Source: Podarcis cretensis
Taxonomy: Eukaryota
Direction: 5' to 3'
NCBI GenBank assembly: GCA_951804945.1
Contig: OX638150.1
Span: forward strand, 42,656,001-42,720,000
DNA length: 64,000 nucleotides
The notes under the pieces were generated by a model that was given only the letters and a program-made list of their open reading frames with translations, did no database searches and had not been told where the DNA came from. The position numbers and the translations under genes were made by a program. Positions 13,201 through 25,200 of the stretch are shown one piece after another. The number at the start of each line of letters is the position of its first letter. Within the stretch, counting starts at the first letter, position 1.

Positions 13201-16200
13201 AGTGGAATCAAAGCATAGTACTTAAACTGTAATGGGTAAATTATGCATAGCATTCTGTACTGCTTTTCTATGTGTTGTCACTGTTTGTTTACCAGGTTCT
13301 AAAAGTAGCTTACAGTATCATAGAGGATATTAATATTTTTTATTTTAAAATACCTTCGCTACTCCTTAATATTTATCTTACTGATATTGTGTCAGTTTTT
13401 AATTTATGACATTTTCATAAAAATAGAAGATGCAGGAGATTTACAGAAATCCTTAAGGGATTACATAGTATCAAATGTGATTTTGGTAGTGTATGCTCTC
13501 TATTTGCACTCATTAAAACAGCATCTCTTGCCTAAGAAAGGTAATTGTTGTAGATAGTTTTGCCAAATAGTATTTCTGTGTTTAAACTACAGATTTCATG
13601 TGCTGGAAGAGTATAAAAGTTTAATCTCCCCTTTGCAGATACTGACTCAGGTTGTCAGGCTCTGCTGAAGTTGCAACCCTGTGCACATTTGGAAGCCAGT
13701 GTGATGCATCTCCCTATTTTCAGTTCTATCATACTAGGTGAATATTAACCCAGCACTGTTAATTCTCACTTGAGAGCCTAGGTGAGCATTAGAGACTAAA
13801 TAGCAGGAAGTTGAAATAGATATATATTTTGGAAAACAATTTCATAGAAGGCTCAGCTACAACAGTGAGTAGTGCTATGATATAAATTGGCACAAGATAG
13901 GGTTGATAGATGGAATATTTGAGCTTACCCTGATAGCTTTTAGAATGACACTTTTTGTTCAGAGTTAGTTTTTAAAGTCTCCTCCTCAGCCATTGTTTCC
14001 TTTCCATGTCCTTGCTTTCAGAACCTTGATACAAAGCTTGACCGTTGATTTTTGCACTTGTGCCCAGTACTGGTTTTATTAAGTGCAACATGACTTTGTT
14101 TTGGTCTGCCATAGCAATTGAAACAACATGCTTTCAGGAATAATGTGGATTTTGGCATTCAACTGCATCTTTGTCTCAGAGCCTCTGTACTGTTTTACAT
14201 GCATAGTATGTAGCTTAAATTTAAAGTTCTTCTGCAGCTTATGGAACATTCTTGTGAAATTGTGCTGGTTCAAAGCTCTCCTTTATAGAAACAAGTCAAC
14301 TTGTTTGTCTCAGCCACTCATTATAGTGAGCATAGAAAATGGAATTGTAAGGTGTACTCACATATTTTGTCTGCACTGAGCTTTCCTGCAGGCAAAATGT
14401 CATGTATAAGCATCTCTTTAGTATATAGATGATTTCTGCTTTCTTTTCTTCTTACTAAAACCACTTTATTTTCCAAACTGCTAATAATTTGTGGGAACCG
14501 ACCTTGCATCCAGTGACTTCACTTGTTTTGCATAGCTGAACACCTGAAGTGATTAGAGTATGAAACCAGTAAAAGGAAAAAATTAAGAATTTGTATGACT
14601 CCCCCAAATTGAAAATATGTTTGTCAATCTGATCAGAGTGCTATGCTCTTTCTGTGATTGACTGAGGCTAAACAGAACAAGAATTCTATGTAACCTTATG
14701 TTGATTGCCCCCTCTATGTCCTTCCCCACTGCTATAATGCCCAAGGGAATAATTCTCATACTGAGTTAAAACTTCAGTTGAGCTTTGTTATTACCTTGAC
14801 TCCAGAACAATTATGAGAGGTTGTTTCCTTTAATGTGACCTGTTTTACTGCCATTTTTGGCAGACACTTTAACATGGTGCTCTATATGCTACTGATTAGA
14901 TTCCTTGCTTGCTGTGCAATTCTTGCAGGTATGATACATATGAGTCCTACGACTCAAGGCCTTCACTAAACGACCGTGATCTATACAGATCCGGCTATGA
15001 TTACAGTGAAGCTGAACATGACACCGACAATGCCTATGAAGGCCACTATGACAACTCCTATGGGAACCGCAGGGACCAGTACCACAACAGAGCACGTGAC
15101 AACTTTGGCCACCGGGGTCAGAACTGGGCCAGAGACAGGCGAAATAACAGACCCATGGCTTCTGCATATTCTGGGCGCATGGGCGGACAGTGGAATGAAC
15201 CGCCAGTGCCAATGGGAGGACGGGGCCATGGCCCCAATAGGCCCCCATCCCTTTTCTCCCACAAACTATTCCCTGAATACAACATGTTCCAGGGAATGCG
15301 AAGTTTCTCTGGCAACATGCGCTTTGGAGGAGGCGGCATGAAACAACGAATGAGGAGAAACTGGAAAATGTGGGATGCAGATTTTAAAGTAAGTACCTAT
15401 GTGATCTTCTCCCACCTGTTTTCTGCCCCATTTTTAGGGACATTGCCCAGCAAGAGAACTGCCTAGAACTGAGTGCAAAGGAGTCTGTTTTGTAATTTAA
15501 ACTGTTTTATTATAGGGAACATTTTTCTTCTCTGTCTCTTACATCTGCTTGGCACATCTTTATTTTAAACTGTTCTTTAGGAATCTCATTGTCTTCAGTA
15601 TGCTGCCTTAACACTAAAAAGATTAATCACTGGATTTTAGTCATATCTAGGAAGTGTGACCTGGGATTCATTCGTTCGTTTCTTATAAAATAGGTCAGGT
15701 CTTAGGTGTGCATGTCTGTACCTGTTGAAATGAGTTTTCTTGAGTGTAGAGAACATAAAATGTGAATGAATGCACATTTCTTGGTTGGTGATAAGAGAAC
15801 TTTTAGACTGTGCATGTGAGTAAAAACAGTCTTTTCTTTAATTCATAGAAAAAAAGAATAAAGAATGAGCCTACTGCTAATAAACGAAAACAGGCTAACA
15901 GTTCTGATGAGCCTGACAGTAAGGCAGCAAAAACTGATGGCTCTGACAACTCTGACTCAGATAATGGTAAGAGCAAATCACTGAAGCCTCCTGCCTTGTC
16001 TTCTTTTCATTGCACCTTAGTTTGCCAATATTGAAACATTAAAAAAAAAATTAAAAACTTTATTTAAACTGAAAGAAACCAATGATTACAGGAATATAAT
16101 ATAAAAAGTAAGCTTCACGTTATACTTTGGTTGTTCAGGAAAAGGGTGCATCAAGACAACCAGATTTCCCTCATCAGTGCAGGCAGACAACTTTGTGCAC

Positions 16201-19200
16201 CAGTACCAAGAATATAAGAAATAAAGTCCTTCCACATAGCATATAATTTTCAGGGTCTTCTGAGCCATTAGAGACCTTTAAATAGTGGGCAATCTCTGAA
16301 ATTGCTGTTTGTCCTCATACATTTGTATCAAATGGTGTTTTCCACCACTGTGTTATTAAGATTCTGATTGCAGCCCCTGCGTCCATGTTAGCAGGTCTTT
16401 TGAGCATGAATTACAGAAGCATCCTAGAGATTTAACTGAGAAACTCGGTGGGGCCATTACAATAACACTTTCACATATATTGGAATCTCCCTATAAATGT
16501 TAGTCCAAAATTTAGAAACCAGTGGGCATTCCCACCAGAGATGAATAAAGGTGCCTCTGCCCCCCACACAAGCGATCTAGCAAGAGTCCAGATATTCTAG
16601 AAATCTGTATCAGTGTCTGATGCCATGTATGCTGTTTTTTATTAATGTTCATTAAAACAAAACTTTTTGTGAAATATTTCAGGCCTGCAACCCTATACCC
16701 ACTTACCTGGGAGCAAATATAATTGAACTCAGTAGAACTTGCTTCTGAGAAGTCATATATAGGGTTGCACTGTTACAGTCATTTTATAGTCTGTATAGTT
16801 ACTTGATATGTTGTTCTTTTCAGAAGAGGGCCCTGAAGGAGAAGCTACTGAGAAGGGTTCTAAAAATGTGAGTCTGAATTTAGTCTTGCTACAAATACAA
16901 AGATTTATAATCCCAGTGTCTTATACATATATGATAGGAACAAGAGTTACAAATGACGTCCTGCCATGCTTGCCTTTCTGTTTAGGGAGAGACCATGTAC
17001 AGTTCCTTTTTTCTGTTGTTCAGAAACCAGAGGCTAGTGTGACTAGGTGATGAATGAATGTTTAAAGAGCAAAGCTGACTCAAGGCATTGGTGCCCGAGG
17101 TGAACACAAGCTCATTCCTCAGCCTCACTACAATAAGTAGTATAATAATTTAAATTGTTGATAATTGGCTCTCCTTTAATGATTCTCATGGTATGTAGAC
17201 TGGGGTAACTCATTCACTTTGCTTTTTGTCAGGTCTGACACTGAGAAGACATACTTGGTGTTTTTTCAGTTATTTATTGAAGATTTAACGTATAGATCTA
17301 TTACAAAATACATCTGCTTCCAAATAATCTATTATGTTGTGCTCAGATATAGGATGGACAGAAAGTGTTAGTGTGCAAATAGAGCGTGAACCCTATACAG
17401 ATTGCATTGCTGGCTATTCATTGTAAGTGATTGGGATTGTGCCAGCTGACTCTGCTCCCATCTGATGTTAGTGCATGTTAAAGTTGGGTTTTGTGTGCAT
17501 ATAGCTCAATATATGTAGGTCTGATTTGTGTAAATTGTGTTCCCCAAATGTGAGAGATCAGATCTGGCCTGCATGCATAAGGCCCCCTACTGTAATATGG
17601 CATTCATTGCACTGGTGTCAGGCAGATGTAGTGATAGGATGGATGCAGCAAAAGGGGGTTAGGCCAGCTGACACAATTCCCCACCTTTTAGGTATGTTTG
17701 TGTATGGCAAAGAACTTAAGAAGGCATAGAACAGGAATGGCCCTCCAGATATTGGTGGACTACAACTTACATCATCTCTGACCATTAGCCATGTGCCCTG
17801 GGGCTGATGGGATTTAAAGTGCAACAACGTTAGAAGAGCCAGAGGTTCCTTACCTCTGGCTTAGAGTTTGAGCATAGAGTTATAGTTTGATTAGTGCAGA
17901 ACTGAGCAGAGTTCTATTTCAGTCCATACTATCCAAATGTAGTTAGTGTCAATTTTTCAAAATTTAATTGCAGATCTTAGGATTTTGAGAGGTTTCTTAG
18001 AACATGAAATTCTTAAACAAATTCTGATGCAGCTACGGGTTTTTTCATTGCTCATTGTTGCAGAGAATTTAAAGGATACTCACAATCACAGCCTACTATA
18101 TTGATGTTTCTAGTAAATGGTAATTTTGTACTGTGGTTATGAACAGTGGCTGTATTTTGTCTAAGCCCCAAATCATCTTGGTAGCTAGCAGCACTCCTGA
18201 TTACTTGATGTAAAGGTTATTTTTACATGTGTTGTTACCTTGCCTGTAAGCAAGTGCAGCTCTATGCTTCAGTGTCTTTAATTACATTTTAGGAGGGAGA
18301 GGGAGAAGGAGGTGAAGATGAGGAAAGAAAAGGAGACTCTGAGAAAGGTAAGTTCAAATGTACATGCATTAGGGTACTTCTGGTGATTATGTTATTTTTT
18401 GTGACAAGATGTGTGGAATATTGTGCAATTTCTTTCTGGGAACTTGGTGTATAGAATAACCAAATCACTGTTTGTATCCTTTGAATAATTTGGTGTACTG
18501 ATTAATTTCTTTCTTTCTTTTTTGTTTGTATCTTTTATATTTATATTTTTCTTGTTTTATATTTTTTCTTTTTAGTTTTGAATATTTGGATGTAATGTTT
18601 AATATATGCTTTCTTTGTAATTTTTAAAAATGCAATAAAGATTTTTTTAAAAGATGTGTGGAATATTGCAGGAGATACGCATTATTGTATTAGAGCATTT
18701 TATAAACCATTGATAAATTCCAAGTTTCAGTTTTTACATGTTGGTTCAGAACTAACCTAGCAAGTATTCCCTAATAATACATGTATCTTGAGTACAACAC
18801 AATTAGTTAAATTTACAATGATCAAAATATTCAGGTAGAAGAGTTTTACATTGTGATGTTAATTCTAGCAATTCCCTAGACTATTTGTGGAGGTAGGCTA
18901 TAACTGTTTTGAGATAGTTTCCAGTACCAATGTGGCTATGCCTTCAGCATGCACAGCAGATCACTTCCAGACAGTGAAATTATTCAAAAATAATAGCTCC
19001 CAGAAGCAATAAAAATCTGCCAGTTGGCTATGCTATTACACATGATTGTTACACATCATCCTAATCTCCGAGTGGTGCAAGATTATAGAAGTCCAGACAC
19101 TTACCCAGTGTTTGTGTTTCCCTTGGAAATGAGGCACAGCAAAGACTGTGGTTTCTTGGATATATGGTTTATTTACATATGTAAACAACCTGAGCCTATG

Positions 19201-22200
19201 GTAGGGGTTCATAGCATTACACTCCAAGATGTACTCGCTTCATCCCAGTCTTAGATGCCAGCAGAAATCAGCCATGGCCCTCTGTCACCCTGCTCCAGTT
19301 TGCTGCCTTGAACAGACTGCCACCTTTTCCCTCACATCATTCCCAGCTGCAATCCTATACCACTACTCTCCTTCCAACCCTGGCCTTTGTCCTGCAAGCT
19401 AGCTATGACTTGAAGGAGAGGCTTACACCCATTAGTCCTCCAGCACAGAGTACAGTCATACCTTGGGTTACAGCCGCTTCAGGTTGCGTTTTTTTGGGTT
19501 GCGGACTGCCGAAACACGGAAGTACCGGAACATGTTACTTCCAGGTTTCAGCAGTCACACATGTGTGCTGAATTGCAACCCGCGTGTGCAGACACAGGTT
19601 GCAAATGTGCATCCTGCATGGATCATGTTCGCAACCTGAGCGTCCACTGTATTTGCTTTGTTAATTGTCCATTACCTTCCTTTTGTTTTCCTTGATGGCT
19701 CTTCTCTGAGGTGTTTTCCTGAACTTGAAACTGGTTTGGCCTGTACTACAACCTTTTGCTAAATCCAGTGTTTGGCACCCATGCATTAGAACTGGGGTCC
19801 AGGAACCCCACAAACTCATAACAATATAGAAGGAGGGGTGACGAGAACCTGCTCGCCATCCGTAAATAATCAGTCTTACACCAAGATGGGTTGCAGAAAT
19901 CTGGCCGCAGCTCTCCCCAGAAGCTGCTGCAGCCCCAACCTTTATTGTATGGCGAAGAAAAGATACAAATTCAAGGAGAGAGCTTTGCCTCAGTCAGCAG
20001 ATAAAAGACAATACAATACATTAGTCTCATGTTCTCACACCAGACCACGCAGTTGATCATGCTATGCTACGTGAACCAATCATCGGATGGCATGAGCTGT
20101 CCACGCGCTGCTCATGTTTCCAAGCAATGCTTTCTGCTATGAAATCACCTTGCAATAATGAACTTTTGCCCATGCTCTTATGGACAAATGACCATATTCC
20201 CACAGAGGGGTTGCTGGTTTGTCTCTGTTCTTATTTTTTATTATATTTTTGTGTGGTTGATAGTGTAATTCTATTTTGTGGACAACACTGAGATCTATGA
20301 GTATAGGGCAGTATACAAATGTAATAAAAAATAATAATATAAGCAGCAACACTTATACCTGGAATAACCTGAAGAGAATTCTACTGTGTGGGATCAAGCT
20401 CAGAGTTCGTCTAAACTGTAACTCACACTTTATCCTTTATCCAATGACCAGGCTGATTCCTATTTAATATGTAGTACTTTCCAATTAACCTGTGAGGCAA
20501 ACTAAATGTTTTTCTTCTCATATAAACCATCACTGAACAATTGGTTTTGTGTATCCCACAGTTGTGTCTCCCAACAATTATATATGTCTTAAAATTTTAA
20601 GTAGCAATTATGCTTCCAAGTCTGATTAAACTCCAGGAAACTAGCATTTTGTGAATTATTTTATGTATTCATTTAGAAAATTTACAGACTATTTTATTTT
20701 TTTAAAAAAACTATTCAAGCGGTGTACAGATAAGTTATAGTATGGCCTCTTCATTGAAGGTAGATTAGGAACCTGGAGCCCAATCTTACCCAGGAGTTCA
20801 GTAAGGTCCATGAGTAGGTATTCTTTAAAAAATAAACTGATCTTATTCATGTAGGAGCTATGACCATTCAAGAAGAGATCAGTCAAATCAAGCGCAAATT
20901 GCAAGCTGGTAAGAAAACTCAAGAGAGGCAAAAAAAGAGGTATCGTGATCGGATGGTGGAAAGGTAAGTCCAACAAGTTGTTGGAGGTTGATGTTTCATG
21001 TTGTACTTTCAAAAGTTTTTCAAAGGTATTATAACATTTAAAAACAAGCAATTCTCTGTTTAAATAATAATAATAAGCCAATGCCCTTCCAGTGCTCTAC
21101 ACCACAGCTGTACTGAAGTTCTGTGCAGTCTTGGGGATTGCTGGTAGGGTTAGAACAAGAAGTTGGAGGGTTGATGGTCTCACGTATTCACCAACAACAG
21201 TTTCAGGATACATGGTCTATAAAGAGTTCAGTTGGGAATAAGACAGCAGTGTTGCCTATTCAAGCACACCTAGTGTATTGTAGTTCTTTGCTATAGTAAA
21301 CTATATCAGCTTGACTACATAAAGGAAACTGGAAGTTTTCAAATTACTGCTGTGCAGATAAAAAGATTTTTCTTTATTTGATATATCTTAACAGGATTCA
21401 GTTTGTATGTTCGTTGTGCAAGTATCGCACTTTCTATGAGGATGAGATGACCAACCATTTGGAGAGCAAATTCCACAAGGAACACTTTGCATTTGTTGGA
21501 ACCAAGCTGCCCCAGCAAACAGCTGACTTCCTCCAGGTAGGCTTTTTTTTCCTTTGAGCATTCCATTTTCCTTTAGATATTAACATGCAAAGCTAGATGT
21601 GGCACTTTGCTTCATTTTCCCCAGTCCCTCCTTGTCATTTGGTTTTTAATTATTTCAAGTGGGGCAAAAAATGTACTTTTGGATGACTATCAGAGTAGAA
21701 AACATCAGCATCTCTCAGTTCATCTGTGCTGCTCTTGCATTTTTCAGTACACAACACATCCACACCATTACCTTAGTTCTTGCTTTTGAGAGAGATGGGG
21801 GAAAGGAAAGGAAGGCATAGCTTTGATTGTACTGTATAGTAATCCTAGCATGTTGTGCATTGGGCCAGGCCAGTATGGTATTATGCACTATTGAGTATTC
21901 ATAAGCTTTTCTGCAATGCAGGAGTATGTTGCTAATAAAACAAAGAAGACAGAAGAACGCCGTAAAGCAATTGAAGATATTAATGCAGTTATACAACAGA
22001 TCTACAAAGACCAAGATCTTACCCAGGGTAGGTGTCTTAAAATTCAGCTAAAACGCAATACATACTGTTGTTTTCTTGGGTAAAAATGTTCAGTTTTCAT
22101 TCAGAAAAATAGGATAGAGGATAGGAAGCAATTCCGTAATGTTCTGTGTGAGACAAAGATGTGCCTAAATTAACTTTGCTATTAGCTGAGATGGATATTG

Positions 22201-25200
22201 AATGCCCCCTCCCCCTTTTGGTCCTTTGGTACAGTCGAGGGGGGTGTTTATGTGTGCAAAACAGTCATTGTGTGTACGGTAGGACAGGTACTTTTTTAGA
22301 GAGAGAATTTCCCCCACTGCCCCTGAGGAATGGAAGTCTGTTATTTCACCCTCCTATATATTTTCCTGCTATCAAAGGTTTCCTATAGGAATCCTATGGC
22401 CCTCCAGACGTTGCTGACAGCGTTCGCAACTCCCATTGTTCAGGCACATTTTGCGACAGAGAATTTCATTAATGCAAACAGTTTTTGAGCTCTGGGTACA
22501 GTACTTGCACCTAAGATTTCAGATTAAAACTGCCACTGCTGGAAGGAAAGGAGGACCTTTTTCTGCCTCCCCACTTCCAACCACTCTTTGAAGACTGGAG
22601 AAGAGACTCTCATAAGAATATTAGGGGGGCAGGCAGGGGAAGTATGGCTTTGTTTTTTGCAGCCTTCAAATGAGGACTAGACCATGTGAAAAATGAACAT
22701 AAGATTTTAGCTGCAGTTTATTAATTTTCAGCTTTGTATTCTTGTTATTAAGAAGCACACCTAGACACTCAGTTGCGGTACCCATAACCTAGGTTTAAGG
22801 TGCCATTTAGCTCCTAGTTTTTATATCTCAGTTTCTAACACTCATCATCCTTCACCATTGACATGGTGGCTGGGGCTTATAGGAGTTTGTGTTCCCACAG
22901 CAGATGGCCATGGGTTTTCCATATGCGTTCTACAGTCTGTAATATTATGACTTCTTTAACTTTTCTCAGACATAGGTATGGAACATTTTGTAAAAAAGGT
23001 GGAGGCTGCTCACTGTGTTGCTTGTGACCTCTTCATTCCGATGCAGTATGGAATAATCCAGAAACATCTGAAGTCCCTTGATCATAACCACAACCGCAGA
23101 GTAAGTGGATTTGTTGAATTAGCTGTTCACCACAAAAACACACTGGAGAAGCTTGAACAATCACTACATCATTCAACTTTATAATGCCAAAAGAAGATGA
23201 AGACTAAAGCAATTGAATAATTTAGGGGCTTTAATGCTTATTTTAACGTAAATATACTTTAAAGAGCATGCTTAAGAGACTATAGTATCTATTTTAAATA
23301 TATATATCAATATAGTATAGCTACTCTCCTGGCAGTAATATAGCCACTAATGGCATCCCATTACTTCCAAGCAGTTCTTTGACTGCAAATGTAGCTCCTG
23401 CTTGGTTTTGTTAAAAAACACACACACCAAAAACCTGCTTCATTAAATTTTTTAAGAAGTCTTTGAGTTGCAAACTGATAATTTGTTCGCTGAAATTCAG
23501 TACCCTTAAGCTAAAGAACTTTAAAAGTGCATTGGCCAATAAAAATTTTATGTAGACTTTTTGATCTGTTTTGTTAAACACTAACTTATGAAAGAGGTGT
23601 GTATATCTTGCTTCACACAGTGGGCGTAGGCTGTGGAATCAGTTGATCGCTGCAGCTCAGTACATGTCTCTTTCTTTTGTGTTACCCAGTGTTTACTGGG
23701 AGAGGTGTGGTACACATGCAACAAACAGACTTACACTGCCAAATATAAATTTGCCCTCAGATGTTTGGTTGGATATTAAGGTTCAGAATTAACAGTGGAT
23801 AGGGTCTGGTGAATTGACAGGTGAGAAAGCAGATTTTTTCCTTCTCAGCTTCCACAGTCTAAGTCTAGAGTGGGGAACCTTTTTGGCTCCACAGGCCTGA
23901 TCATTCTCAGGATCTGCCTTGCACACCAAATTTGACCTGTCAAAATCAATTTTGCTTGGGAAGTAGGAGGAGGTTTGTGAGTCTCCTTCCCACATTAAAT
24001 AGTTCCTGATGAAAATGTGTGAAAAGTTACTGTATTTTGGAAGGCCTGTCTTGGTATAAAAAAGAATGAAATGTAGGTACATTTTGTGCAGACCATTTAT
24101 TTATGTATTTTGTCTTCTAGGCTATGATGGAACAGTCAAAAAAATCATCATTAGTAGTTGCAAGAAGTATTCTTAACAATAAACTTATCAGCAAGAAATT
24201 GGAGCGATATTTGAAGGTAAAACATATAAACATAAGAACGGCCCACAGAGGGGTTATGGGCAGAATCCAAAGTGGCATGAGCGAACTTGATGCTTGCACT
24301 GTATAACTTCTTTCCTTCTACCTGCAGCCACCATGCATTCCTGAAATCTGCTCCAGAGGATACCCTATCCCTCTAATGTAAATTTTGAGGGTGCATGGAG
24401 GGCTTCAGGGAAGAAGTGTGTAAGGAGAAGTCTGTTCCATTCACACACATGTTAGATACAACTCCCCCCCCAAAAAAAAAACTTAAAAAGAGCCATATTG
24501 CTATGTTAACAATGGGAAAGCTTTTATTTTTTAATATTAACTGAGTTTTAATGTATTTTCCGCTAATCTCCATTTTATCTCTCTGCTTCATAGTGCACCC
24601 TCTCTTCTCCATGCCTTACTATAAGGGCACTCTCAGTTTCTAAGTCTTAATTTCTCTCTGCAGACCACTGAACCCATTCCTTTTTCCATTTCCCCATCTG
24701 TACGTGTCTGCACCTCCAACTTCTTAACTTCCCTATGTTTTCTTACTACAGTGGTACTTCTAGTTACGGACTTGATCCATTCCAGGGTACCGTTCACACC
24801 CTGAAGAGTCTGCAACTATAGCACCACAATAGAGCACTTCTGCGCATGCACGAGATGCGCAGAGCGCTTCTGCGCATGGCGAAACCCGAAAGTATATACT
24901 TCCGGGTTTGCCGCGTTTGTATCCTGAAAAAACGCAACCAGAGACTGACGTAACAAGAGGTACAACTGTATGCAGTTCTTTGCATCTTACAGTGGTTTTT
25001 TCTGTTTGCACCCAGTTTCTGTATACACTTTAAAAATCACCTCTCTCTCATTTTGCTTTCTTTCCTATTGTGTTCCCCCTCAAAATACTTTATTGAGAGT
25101 GGCAGCAATAGCCCCAGAATATCCACCCTAGTGAAGGGTCCACAGATGCAGATGGACCATGTAGCATGCTTAGTATGCTGCAGCAGGCTTGAAAGACATC

